NCBI GenBank assembly: GCA_001001925.1
Contig: LCLH01000004.1
Span: 1-34,123, forward strand
Length of the DNA stretch: 34,123 nucleotides
Direction: 5' to 3'
Origin: Candidatus Magasanikbacteria bacterium GW2011_GWC2_45_8
Lineage (GTDB): Bacteria > Patescibacteriota > Patescibacteriia > Magasanikbacterales > UBA10146
Below, in pieces: positions 8,406 through 16,683 of the stretch. Numbering within the stretch: the stretch's first letter is position 1; every line of letters starts with the position of its first letter. A program made the translations under genes and the position numbers. The notes under the pieces are model-generated. The model was not told where the DNA came from, did not search any database, and saw only the letters and a program-made list of their open reading frames with translations.

Positions 8406-8481
8406 TTACGGCAATTTTGATGTACAATTTTTGAAGACTACAATAAAAATATAAAAACCTTAAGAATTAAAACAAAAATAT

Positions 8482-9228
8482 ATGGATCAAAATCAAAGTT
8501 CATGGCAGCCTATTTCAAATGTTCTAGATCAAAAGCTTACAGGAGAAGAGTTAATCCCTTCCACGCCTCAAGCATCTGAAGAAACTCTTCCCATAACTCC
8601 TCTCAACAATACCACCTCAATTTCTCCTCAAAATCTTGCTTTACTAGAAAAATTGGTCAACCATCTCACAGAAGTATCAGCATCTCTTTCTTTTTTAATT
8701 GCTCAAATCAAAGGCACAGAAAATTCTTCAAATCTCCCTCCACTCCCCTCGCTCTTAAGTCAAACCACTACTATTCCTGAGCCAGCTCTTTCTACGAGCC
8801 AAATTCAAAAATATTCTACAGATTCTAGCGCAGCTCGAGTCCTTGAAGGAGTTTTTGATGGGACGCGAATGGTTGGAGCAGATGGCGCTGTGTATCCAGT
8901 ACCACCCAATTACGCGTCAAAATCAAAATTAGTCGAGGGAGACCTCATGAAACTTACTATAACGTCAACAGGAGCATTTATTTATAAACAAATAGGACCT
9001 ATAAAAAGAAGACGCATCATTGGGGAATTGATAAAACACCAGGACGGCGATACTACTCTTTACGACGTGCTTGCGCAAGATCATGTGTATCATGTACTTT
9101 CCGCCGCCATTACCTACTACAAAGGAGAGCAGGGAGACGAAGTCGCAATTCTTGTTCCAGAGAGCAGTCCCTCCAAGTGGGGTGCTGTAGAATATGTCGT
9201 CAAAAAGACACCATCTCAATATATTTAA
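8482..9228 (+). CDS. Hypothetical protein with a low-complexity Ser/Thr/Pro N-terminus and a beta-rich C-terminal domain
   Basis: A 248-aa ORF ends 2 nt before dnaX. The C-terminal ~125 aa (GVFDGTRMVGADGAVYPVPPNYASKSKLVEGDLMKLTI..YKQIGPIKRRRIIGEL..YYKGEQGDEVAILVP..KWGAVEYV) look like a folded, conserved domain. I cannot assign a family. Confidence 0.55.
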   Translation: MDQNQSSWQPISNVLDQKLTGEELIPSTPQASEETLPITPLNNTTSISPQNLALLEKLVNHLTEVSASLSFLIAQIKGTENSSNLPPLPSLLSQTTTIPEPALSTSQIQKYSTDSSAARVLEGVFDGTRMVGADGAVYPVPPNYASKSKLVEGDLMKLTITSTGAFIYKQIGPIKRRRIIGELIKHQDGDTTLYDVLAQDHVYHVLSAAITYYKGEQGDEVAILVPESSPSKWGAVEYVVKKTPSQYI

Positions 9229-9230
9229 AT

Positions 9231-10859
9231 ATGTCATCATTATACCGCCGCCACCGTCCTCAAAAATGGGAAACAATTTCAGGGCAAAGCAACATCAAAT
9301 CAACTTTGCAACAAGAAATCAAAGATGTACGTTTGGTAAACGCTTATTTATTTTTCGGACCGCGCGGCGTTGGAAAAACTTCAATCGCGCGTATTTTTGC
9401 AAAATCCCTCAACTGCGCCATGCGCATTCCAACAGATAGTGAGCCGTGCAACAAATGCACCAATTGTGAAGAAATAACCTCCGGACGATCCCTTGATGTG
9501 CTTGAAATTGACGCGGCATCACACACAGGCGTTGACCATGTACGAGAAGCGATCATTGAAAACGCGCAATTTGCGCCCAGCAAGGGAGCCTACAAAATTT
9601 TTATCATTGATGAGGTGCACATGCTTTCTATTTCTGCTTTTAATGCTTTGTTAAAAATTATTGAAGAACCTCCCGCACACGTCATTTTCATTCTTGCCAC
9701 GACAGAGCCTGATAAAGTCCCTGAAACCATTATTTCACGTTGTCAACGTTTTGATTTTAAAAAAATTCCACATAAAGAGGTTATCGCTCGGCTCAAGCTT
9801 GTGGCAACAGAAGAAAATATTTCTGTAGAAGATGAAGTCTATGAACGCGTGGCGCGCCAAAGTGAAGGATGTGTTCGAGATGCCGAAAGCCTACTTGGTC
9901 AGCTTTTTTCTATTGGAGAAACCGCTATAACTTCTGAAATGGCCGATCTAGTACTGCCTCGTTTTTATATTGATAAACTTAAAATATTTGTGGAGGGTAT
10001 TCTAAAAAAGGATATCATAACAAATCTCAACCTCATTCAAACTCTCGCAAATGAAGGAGTTGATTTATTACTCTTTCATGAACAATTAATTGAGTTTATT
10101 CGTCTCATCATGCTTGTAAAATTCAATCCTGAACTCGCGCGCCAATCTTTTCATCTTAATGACGCGGCACTCATTTCCATAGAAGATGTGGCGGGGCGCA
10201 TGAGCCCTGAACAACTCTCAGTTATTTTTGAAGAAACTATTGATGCCAAAAAATGGTGGAAAAATGCTCGAATTTCTGAAATACCGCTTGAACTTTTGAC
10301 TCTTAAAATAGCATATGCAGGATCCTCTCTTATCCCATCTGTGTCTCATCGAGAAATACCATCATCTCAAGGACATTCAAAAAATCAGCCTGTTGCGGAG
10401 CCTTCTTTGGACAAAATACAAATACCTACACCCGTCATAACAAATCAATTACCAGCGTGTGGAACAACGTCTTTACTCCATGAATCCAGTAACACGCCTC
10501 AACCTCCCGGCATTATCTCACTTGACGAAATAAAAAAAAAATGGAATGATTTGCTTAAACGAGTCCAGACATACCATCATTCATTGCCGGTCATCCTCCG
10601 CATGAGCGAACCTTTGGAGGTAGCAGGTAATGTTTTGCGCATTGGGCTTAAATACACATTTCATAGAGACAAAATCAAAGAACGTAAAATGTCTGATCTT
10701 GTAGAAAAAGCCCTCCTTGATGTTTTAGGGTTTCCACTTCTCATTGAGCCAATGATGATTACCGTATCTACACCGGTTCAACCCGATAAAGATGCCAAAA
10801 GTATTGAGTTTGATGATTTAGTGCAAGCATTTAGCGGCATTCCGGCGCCTTTGGCATAA
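9231..10859 (+). CDS. dnaX: DNA polymerase III subunit gamma/tau
   Basis: From the ATG at 9231 it reads MSSLYRRHRPQKWETISGQ. It has Walker A GPRGVGKTS, the zinc module CNKCTNCEEI, Walker B IIDEVHML and SRC as ISRCQRF. The ORF-track start at 9177 overlaps the previous gene and is unlikely. Confidence 0.9.
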   Translation: MSSLYRRHRPQKWETISGQSNIKSTLQQEIKDVRLVNAYLFFGPRGVGKTSIARIFAKSLNCAMRIPTDSEPCNKCTNCEEITSGRSLDVLEIDAASHTGVDHVREAIIENAQFAPSKGAYKIFIIDEVHMLSISAFNALLKIIEEPPAHVIFILATTEPDKVPETIISRCQRFDFKKIPHKEVIARLKLVATEENISVEDEVYERVARQSEGCVRDAESLLGQLFSIGETAITSEMADLVLPRFYIDKLKIFVEGILKKDIITNLNLIQTLANEGVDLLLFHEQLIEFIRLIMLVKFNPELARQSFHLNDAALISIEDVAGRMSPEQLSVIFEETIDAKKWWKNARISEIPLELLTLKIAYAGSSLIPSVSHREIPSSQGHSKNQPVAEPSLDKIQIPTPVITNQLPACGTTSLLHESSNTPQPPGIISLDEIKKKWNDLLKRVQTYHHSLPVILRMSEPLEVAGNVLRIGLKYTFHRDKIKERKMSDLVEKALLDVLGFPLLIEPMMITVSTPVQPDKDAKSIEFDDLVQAFSGIPAPLA

Positions 10860-10883
10860 AAATTTGACATTTCTGTACAGCGC

Positions 10884-10954
10884 TCGGGGATCGTCTAACG
10901 GTAGGACGCCAGGTTCTGGCCCTGGTAATTGGGGTTCGAATCCCTATCCCCGAG
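10884..10954 (+). tRNA. tRNA-Gln (anticodon CUG)
   Basis: Hand-folded cloverleaf: acceptor TCGGGGA/TCCCCGA, 3-bp D-stem GTC/GAC, anticodon stem CCAGG/CCTGG with loop TTCTGGC, T-arm TGGGG-TTCGAAT-CCCTA, discriminator G. CCA is not encoded. Confidence 0.85.
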
Positions 10955-10990
10955 CATTGGACAGAAAAAATTAATTTTCATTACAATTTT

Positions 10991-11683
10991 ATGAGCTCAT
11001 CTCACACTGTAAATCATAATAGCCAAAAATCGCTTCTTATATGGACGATTGTTGCGGTTGTGGCGCTCATTGCGGTTTTTGTTGGCATCGATTCCGCGTC
11101 TAAACAGCGTGCTCCCAATAATCCATCAGATCAAAACAATTCTATTGACGCGGTAAAAGAAGATGATCATGTCAAGGGAGGAAATTTTTCTAGTCCAGTT
11201 ACTATAATTGAATATAGTGATTTTCAGTGCCCTGCTTGCGCCGCTTACTATCCCATCACTAAAAAAATCTTTGAAACAAATGGCGCAAAAGTGCAATTTG
11301 TTTATCGCTACTTCCCTTTGGAATCAATCCATGCCAATGCGTTGCCCGCGTCTCAAGCTGCCGAGGCCGCCGGCAAACAAAATAAATTTTGGGAAATGCA
11401 CGACCTTTTGTTTGAACGACAAAAAGAATGGTCAAATGAAAAAAGTCCCCGCGATATCTTTGCGCGCTACGCGGGAGAGCTTAGACTCAATACCGGCAAC
11501 TTCATAGCTGATTTTGAGAATCCCGCGACCAAGGACCGGATTCAAAAAGATTACCAAAGCGGTACACGCGCTCGTATTGAAGGTACTCCGACATTCTTTA
11601 TAAATGGCGCAAAAATTGATAACCCGCGATCTTATGATGAATTTCAAAAACTCATTGACGATGTGGTGGCAAAAAAATCATAA
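10991..11683 (+). CDS. DsbA-family thiol:disulfide oxidoreductase, membrane-anchored
   Basis: It has an N-terminal TM (LLIWTIVAVVALIAVFVGI), the thioredoxin-fold active site FQCPACAAYYP, and a conserved cis-Pro context (IEGTPTFFING). Confidence 0.8.
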   Translation: MSSSHTVNHNSQKSLLIWTIVAVVALIAVFVGIDSASKQRAPNNPSDQNNSIDAVKEDDHVKGGNFSSPVTIIEYSDFQCPACAAYYPITKKIFETNGAKVQFVYRYFPLESIHANALPASQAAEAAGKQNKFWEMHDLLFERQKEWSNEKSPRDIFARYAGELRLNTGNFIADFENPATKDRIQKDYQSGTRARIEGTPTFFINGAKIDNPRSYDEFQKLIDDVVAKKS

Positions 11684-12116
11684 CATCTTCCCCCACCATT
11701 TTTTCATTCTGTTTGTCATACTAATTCTTGTGGGACTTGTTGATAGTTCATATCTTGCCGCCTTGCATATCCGAGGGGTCGCCCCCACATGCAATGTCTT
11801 AAAAGGTTGTGAACAAGTTGCGACGAGCGTTTACTCGTCGCTTTTTAGCGTACCGGTCGCTTTTTTTGGTCTTGCTTATTATATGTTTCTTTTTTTATTT
11901 GTCGTATATATTTGGGAACGCCAACGCTCACATCTCTTTCATTATTTGATCGGCATATCCACTATTGGACTACTAGCTTCTATTTATTTCTTTTATTTGC
12001 AGGTAGTAGTTATTCACGCGCTTTGTCTATATTGCATCATCTCCGGTATAGATACTCTTATTTTTTGGCTTCTTGCAACGCAACTCATACGTTTTAATCG
12101 ACAAAACATTATTTAA
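11661..12116 (+). CDS. Vitamin K epoxide reductase (VKOR) family membrane protein
   Basis: It is a multi-TM protein with a loop Cys pair (TCNVLKGC) and a CxxC in the last TM region (CLYC). It lies immediately after, and overlaps, the DsbA-like gene. The start is uncertain. I chose the ATG at 11661; the ORF is open from 11604. Confidence 0.7.
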   Translation: MWWQKNHNIFPHHFFILFVILILVGLVDSSYLAALHIRGVAPTCNVLKGCEQVATSVYSSLFSVPVAFFGLAYYMFLFLFVVYIWERQRSHLFHYLIGISTIGLLASIYFFYLQVVVIHALCLYCIISGIDTLIFWLLATQLIRFNRQNII

Positions 12117-12117
12117 G

Positions 12118-13719
12118 ATGCGCCTTGTCAGCCATAAATTTTTTCCCATAATAAGTATTGCCGTTGTGAGCCTCATAGGGGCCTCATTTTTTATCATGAG
12201 CGGTCTCAAAACAACTCATGGCACCATAGCTACTCCGCTTGATGACGCATTTATCCACTTTCAATATGCCAAACAAATCTCACAGGGAAACTGGTTTAAA
12301 TATTTCCCCGGAGCACCCATATCTTCCGGAGATACGAGCTTCTTATATCCGCTAATTTTGGCTGTTGGATACCGCGCAGGGCTAACAGGACTTTCAATTA
12401 TCTGGTTTGCATACGCGCTGGCGCTGGCTTGTCTTGTAGGGACAGGATATATCATCTATGCCATTGGCGGCTATTTTAAACTCAAACAAAAAAACGCATT
12501 GTGGATTGCGCTTCTTGTGATAAGCAATGGGTGGCTTTTGTGGGGGTATTTTTCAGGCATGGAAATTGCCTTACAAACATTTTTTTTGCTCGCAACGTTC
12601 TATGCCGCACTCAAAGAAATCAATGAAAAAAAACTCAAATGGCTTCCTCTATGGCTCTTTCTGTTAACCATCGTGCGGCCGGAAGGGTTTATCGCGAGTG
12701 CTCTTTTAGGAACTTGGATTATTGTTCTACGGGTTTTCCGCGGGCAAAAGATAACATATTGGTATGCGGCGTTTCTGCCATTTTTAACCTACGCCGCCCA
12801 ACTTTTGTTTTATCATTTTACAACCGGTGAATGGAACAGTAATACTTTTATTTTAAAAACATGGTGGTATATCATATCGTCGCAAGGAATTTTTCCCTAT
12901 CCGCTTCTTAATAAATTTTTGAGTCTAAGTATTGTCTTGGCTTATTTTTTGCCAAAAGAAATTGCTTACTTTGCAAATGATATGGGATTAATAAGCATAA
13001 TTGGATTTCCGATTATTTTTATCGGAGCAATTTTTGCTCGCGGCAAAGAAGGACAGCGTTCTTTTCCTCTTACCGTTTCATGGATAATCCTCTTCATAAT
13101 GGAATTTCTAGCACTTCTAAATATTTATGCCGTAACAGAGGTAACCCGCCGGCGTTATTTTATTTTTCTCGCGCCACTAGCTATTTTTTTTACAATGTAC
13201 GCAGTAATAGAAATTGCCGGATGGTTTAACAAAAAATTAATTTCCTTATTTTTAATATTTTTTACTATTCTTTCACTTGGCAATACCGTTTATTTCGCGC
13301 GCGCATATTCATTTGATATTCAAAATATTTTTGAAATGCATTTTCAGGTGGCACAATGGGTACAAAAAAATACCGCTCCAAACGATATCATCGCAATGAA
13401 TGACGCTGGCGTTGTCCCCTATCTTACCAATCGTCCTTTTTTTGATGTAATGGGTCTAGTAACCAATAAAGTAGCACGAGTAGTGCACGAAGGTCCGGAC
13501 GCATTCCTCAAATATATAATTTCTCTCCCACGCTATGAACGCCCCGCATATTTTATTATTTTCCCCGGCTGGTTTGACACCAACGAAACGCGTGACGTGA
13601 TAAAATTACGCGCAATTTTAAAACAACTTGGCACGCCAATCGCGCACTTTACTGTCTCAAATTTTTCAATCGTGCCGTATGGAACCATGTCAGTCTTAAA
13701 GCCAAAATGGGATCAATAG
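12118..13719 (+). CDS. Polytopic membrane protein, GT-C-fold glycosyltransferase-like (ArnT/PMT-like)
   Basis: It has about 12 predicted TM helices and an acidic first-loop motif, PLDDAFIHFQYAKQ, of the kind seen in GT-C enzymes. The ATG at 12118 is 1 nt after the VKOR stop. The family call is tentative. Confidence 0.5.
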   Translation: MRLVSHKFFPIISIAVVSLIGASFFIMSGLKTTHGTIATPLDDAFIHFQYAKQISQGNWFKYFPGAPISSGDTSFLYPLILAVGYRAGLTGLSIIWFAYALALACLVGTGYIIYAIGGYFKLKQKNALWIALLVISNGWLLWGYFSGMEIALQTFFLLATFYAALKEINEKKLKWLPLWLFLLTIVRPEGFIASALLGTWIIVLRVFRGQKITYWYAAFLPFLTYAAQLLFYHFTTGEWNSNTFILKTWWYIISSQGIFPYPLLNKFLSLSIVLAYFLPKEIAYFANDMGLISIIGFPIIFIGAIFARGKEGQRSFPLTVSWIILFIMEFLALLNIYAVTEVTRRRYFIFLAPLAIFFTMYAVIEIAGWFNKKLISLFLIFFTILSLGNTVYFARAYSFDIQNIFEMHFQVAQWVQKNTAPNDIIAMNDAGVVPYLTNRPFFDVMGLVTNKVARVVHEGPDAFLKYIISLPRYERPAYFIIFPGWFDTNETRDVIKLRAILKQLGTPIAHFTVSNFSIVPYGTMSVLKPKWDQ

Positions 13720-13727
13720 GATGTGCT

Positions 13728-15125
13728 TTATCGGTACCCTAATAATACTATATCCCCTATATTAGTACCAGTAGGGCCGGAGATGATCAGTTCGTGCAAC
13801 GGCTTGAAGTAATTGTACGGGTCGTTGTTGAGTGCCATCTTCTCCGCATTCAAACCCAGCGTATTGCCGCGTATCAGCGTCTGCGAATCCACAATAGCGC
13901 CACCAACCTTCTCCGGAGCGACGCCGTCAATGCCGTCGGTGTCAAATGCCGCAAGCACCTCGCCTTCTTTCAAGCGCCCCAAGCTTTCTATAACTACCTG
14001 CTGATTGCGCCCGCCAGCACCCTTACCGCGCACATGCATGGTTGTTTCCCCCGTGGCAATCAAAAGCAGAGGCTTGCTTGTGTTTTCTTGCTTTTTTTTC
14101 AGCGCATTAAATGTTTTAAATACGCGCTCAACAGTGACACTCACCTCGCCTTGCAAGGCATGTGTCCATGGCAAAACTTCATACCCCTTTTTCCGCGCAA
14201 TCGCAACGGCAACGGTAAGTGTAGACTCGTGCCCACCGATTAAAAAATTGTACACGCGGTTACTGCAAAAAACTTCATGATCCGCTTTGGGAGTTTCAGG
14301 GCATTTGCCGCGTTCTCCATTTTTCAAATGCGTGCGGATTGCCGCCGGTGTTTTCTTCCACAACCCATGATGACGTAAAATTTCAACCGCTTGTCCAAAA
14401 GTGGACGAATCCGGCACGGTGGGGCCGGAAGCAATGGTTTCCAACGAATCGCCAACCACGTCGGACAAATACAAACACACCATCTTGGCGTTTGCGGTAC
14501 TGCATGCCAATTGTCCGCCTTTTACGCATGAAACATGCTTGCGAATTACATTGATTTCATCAATACTTGCTTTTGATCTGATGAGTAATTCCGTAAGTTT
14601 AATGCTCTCCGGCAATGTGATGCCCTCCGCAGGCACGTCCAGCATGGCAGAACCACCACCAGAAAAAAGCCCGATAATCAAATCGTCTTTGCGCGCGCTT
14701 TTCAAAATACGCAGAATTTTCTTTGCACCCGCCACCCCGTTTTGGTTGGGAAAAGGATGACCCGCGACACAATGACCAATCGTCTTAAGTTTACAGTCTG
14801 TCTGGAGCGCTCCTATGGCAATAAATCCATCAGTAACCCGCTTTCCAAAAATTTCTTCTACCGCGCGCGCCATTTCATAGGTTCCTTTACCCGCTCCAAT
14901 CACTAAAATGCGTTTAAACACATTCAAGTCAAGTGTGATTTTCTCTTGCACAGAAAGTTTTCCCGCACCGGTTACACGCAGAGCTTTTTTTACAATTTTA
15001 TACGGATTGCTCTCCGCAACCACTTTTTCAATAATGTCTAAAATATCTCCGCGTAATTTTTTAGTAGCGGCGCCGGAGGCATTGTTTAAAATGTATTTCC
15101 GCTCTTTAATCAAACCCATACTCAT
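13728..15125 (-). CDS. Glycerate 2-kinase / hydroxypyruvate reductase-like protein (DUF4147 + MOFRL family)
   Basis: The family-typical blocks are VIGAGKGTYEMA, LFSGGGSAMLD, SGPTVPD and ATGETTMHVRGKGAGGRNQQ. Length is 465 aa. Confidence 0.8.
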   Translation of the reverse strand: MSMGLIKERKYILNNASGAATKKLRGDILDIIEKVVAESNPYKIVKKALRVTGAGKLSVQEKITLDLNVFKRILVIGAGKGTYEMARAVEEIFGKRVTDGFIAIGALQTDCKLKTIGHCVAGHPFPNQNGVAGAKKILRILKSARKDDLIIGLFSGGGSAMLDVPAEGITLPESIKLTELLIRSKASIDEINVIRKHVSCVKGGQLACSTANAKMVCLYLSDVVGDSLETIASGPTVPDSSTFGQAVEILRHHGLWKKTPAAIRTHLKNGERGKCPETPKADHEVFCSNRVYNFLIGGHESTLTVAVAIARKKGYEVLPWTHALQGEVSVTVERVFKTFNALKKKQENTSKPLLLIATGETTMHVRGKGAGGRNQQVVIESLGRLKEGEVLAAFDTDGIDGVAPEKVGGAIVDSQTLIRGNTLGLNAEKMALNNDPYNYFKPLHELIISGPTGTNIGDIVLLGYR

Positions 15126-16088
15126 TCCGGTTTTACGGCATTGGGGGGTGTTTTTCCTTGCAATGCGGCAATGATATTGCGCGCAGCGGCTTCTGCCATG
15201 GCAGAACGCGCCGCAATGGTGGCAGATGCAATATGCGGCGTCATAATGATGTTATCAAGTTTGCGCAACTCCATGTGATCTTTTAAATCACAATCAATGG
15301 CAGGTTCGCACTCATACACATCAATCGCCGCGCCGGCAATCTGTTTTTTGGAAAGTGCTTGCAATACCGCCTTTTCTTCAACCACGGGCCCGCGCGCTGT
15401 GTTAATGAGATACGCGGTCTTTTTCATGAGTTTGATATTTTTTCGATTGATGAGATAGCGCGTCTCGCGAGTTAAAGGCACATGAAGCGTTACAAAATCC
15501 GCTTGTTTCAAAAGTGCTTCAAGACTCATGCGGCGCGCGCCAAATTCTTTTTCAAAATCAGCATTACGGCTCTGGCTGTTGTAAATAAATTTTACCCCAA
15601 AACTCTTAAGCCTGCGCGCCACGCCGCCCCCAATGCGCCCCAACCCAACAATGCCGATTGTCTTGCCGTATAAATCCTGCCCCATCAAAAGCATTGGCTC
15701 CCAGCCACGATATTTATGCGCACGAATAAACCGTTCCGCCTCGCCCACGCGCCGTGCCAAAGCCAACATAAGCGTTACGGTAAACTCCGCGACTGATTCG
15801 GTAATCTCCGGCCCGGGTTGCGGCGGCTTTTAAGTCTATGTTATCAAACCCCACCGCGTAATTAGCAATAATTTTTAATCGCGGGCTACCCGCGTCCATT
15901 ATTTCCCCGTCAATTTTATCCGTCAACAAACACAAAAGCGCGTCTATGTCTTTCATTTCTCTTAAAAGTTCGCCTTTGGTGAGTACACGGTCATGTGGAG
16001 AAACTTTTACCTTGTAACCCTGTTTTTTAAGCAATGACAAGCCTGCGTCCGGTATGCAACGCGAAACAAATATACTAAATGAAGACAT
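15122..16088 (-). pseudogene. D-isomer-specific 2-hydroxyacid dehydrogenase (glycerate dehydrogenase / glyoxylate-hydroxypyruvate reductase type), split by a frameshift with apparent loss of about 7 codons
   Basis: Two overlapping ORFs (15714-16088 and 15122-15769) carry the N- and C-halves of one enzyme. The N-half ends ..ANYAVGFDNIDLKAAATR. The other frame reads GPEITESVAEFTVTLMLALARRV..GKTIGIVGLGRIGG..TPHIASAT. The frame switch must lie within 15808-15833. The conserved GI.V.NTPG strand between the two halves is missing. Confidence 0.7.
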
Positions 16089-16129
16089 ATATTAAAATAG
16101 ATCGCCGTGATGTTTTTCTTGGCGAATTA

Positions 16130-16606
16130 TTAAACAAAACCCTCTAGCCGAGTCAATTCTTCAGTGCCAACCAAAGCATGACTTCTCAAAATATGTATAA
16201 GTGTACGTTTAAATTCTTGTTCACGTTCTATTTTGCGATTAATTCGCGCCCCGATTTCCGCGCCTAGATCCGACAACTTGTCATCAAGATACGACTTGGA
16301 AACCATGCGAGTTTCCATTCCCGCCAAGTCGCCCTTGGTGGCAAAACGTTCTAGATCATCTTTGGTTGCCATGCGGGATTCAATCCCATCAACACGTCCT
16401 GAAAGTTCAGCTATATCATCTTTGGTTGCCATGCGGGATTCAATCCCATCAACACGTCCTGAAAGTTCAGCTATATCATCTTTGGTTGCCATGCGGGATT
16501 CAATAGAAGCAATTTTTTCATTAAATTCTTCTTTGACCACCATATTTTCCTGTAAAAAATCAAACAAATCCTTTGTTGTAATTTCGTTAAGATTAGATTC
16601 GTTCAT
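16130..16606 (-). CDS. Coiled-coil protein with tandem ESRMATKDDIAELSGRVDGI repeats (TKxDL-type repeat, DUF1640-like flavour)
   Basis: It is a 158-aa ORF with 2.5 identical 20-aa repeats, followed by degenerate versions (ESRMATKDDLERFATKGDLAGMETRMVSK). The ATG is at 16606-16604. Confidence 0.6.
   Translation of the reverse strand: MNESNLNEITTKDLFDFLQENMVVKEEFNEKIASIESRMATKDDIAELSGRVDGIESRMATKDDIAELSGRVDGIESRMATKDDLERFATKGDLAGMETRMVSKSYLDDKLSDLGAEIGARINRKIEREQEFKRTLIHILRSHALVGTEELTRLEGFV
16351..16504. repeat. Perfect direct tandem repeat, 60-bp unit, about 2.5 copies, in frame inside the CDS
   Basis: Positions 16381-16440 and 16441-16500 are identical base for base. Positions 16351-16380 match the last 30 nt of the unit with one mismatch (16354). 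The match ends at 16504. Confidence 0.95.
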
Positions 16607-16651
16607 AGTAAAAAGATTTGATTTATTTAGAATGCACTTGGCGATATTTTT

Positions 16652-16680
16652 ATTATACCAAAAAAGACAAAAAACAACAA
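16652..16680 (-). promoter_or_regulatory. Sigma-70-type promoter for the repeat-protein gene
   Basis: The reverse strand reads TTGTTG, a 17-nt spacer, then TGgTATAAT. This is an extended, consensus -10 about 45 nt upstream of the ATG. Confidence 0.45.
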
Positions 16681-16683
16681 ATT

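Noticed and set aside
10860-10990. tRNA genes as possible integration sites for mobile elements or genomic islands (also 28488-28561 and 30197-30349)
   Set aside because: I could see no integrase, recombinase or transposase. There are no direct repeats of tRNA 3' ends nearby, and the flanks are housekeeping genes.
16351-16504. Regularly spaced identical repeats, considered as a possible CRISPR array
   Set aside because: The units are directly abutting with no unique spacers. The period is exactly 60 bp in frame with a CDS, and no cas genes are present. It is a coding tandem repeat.
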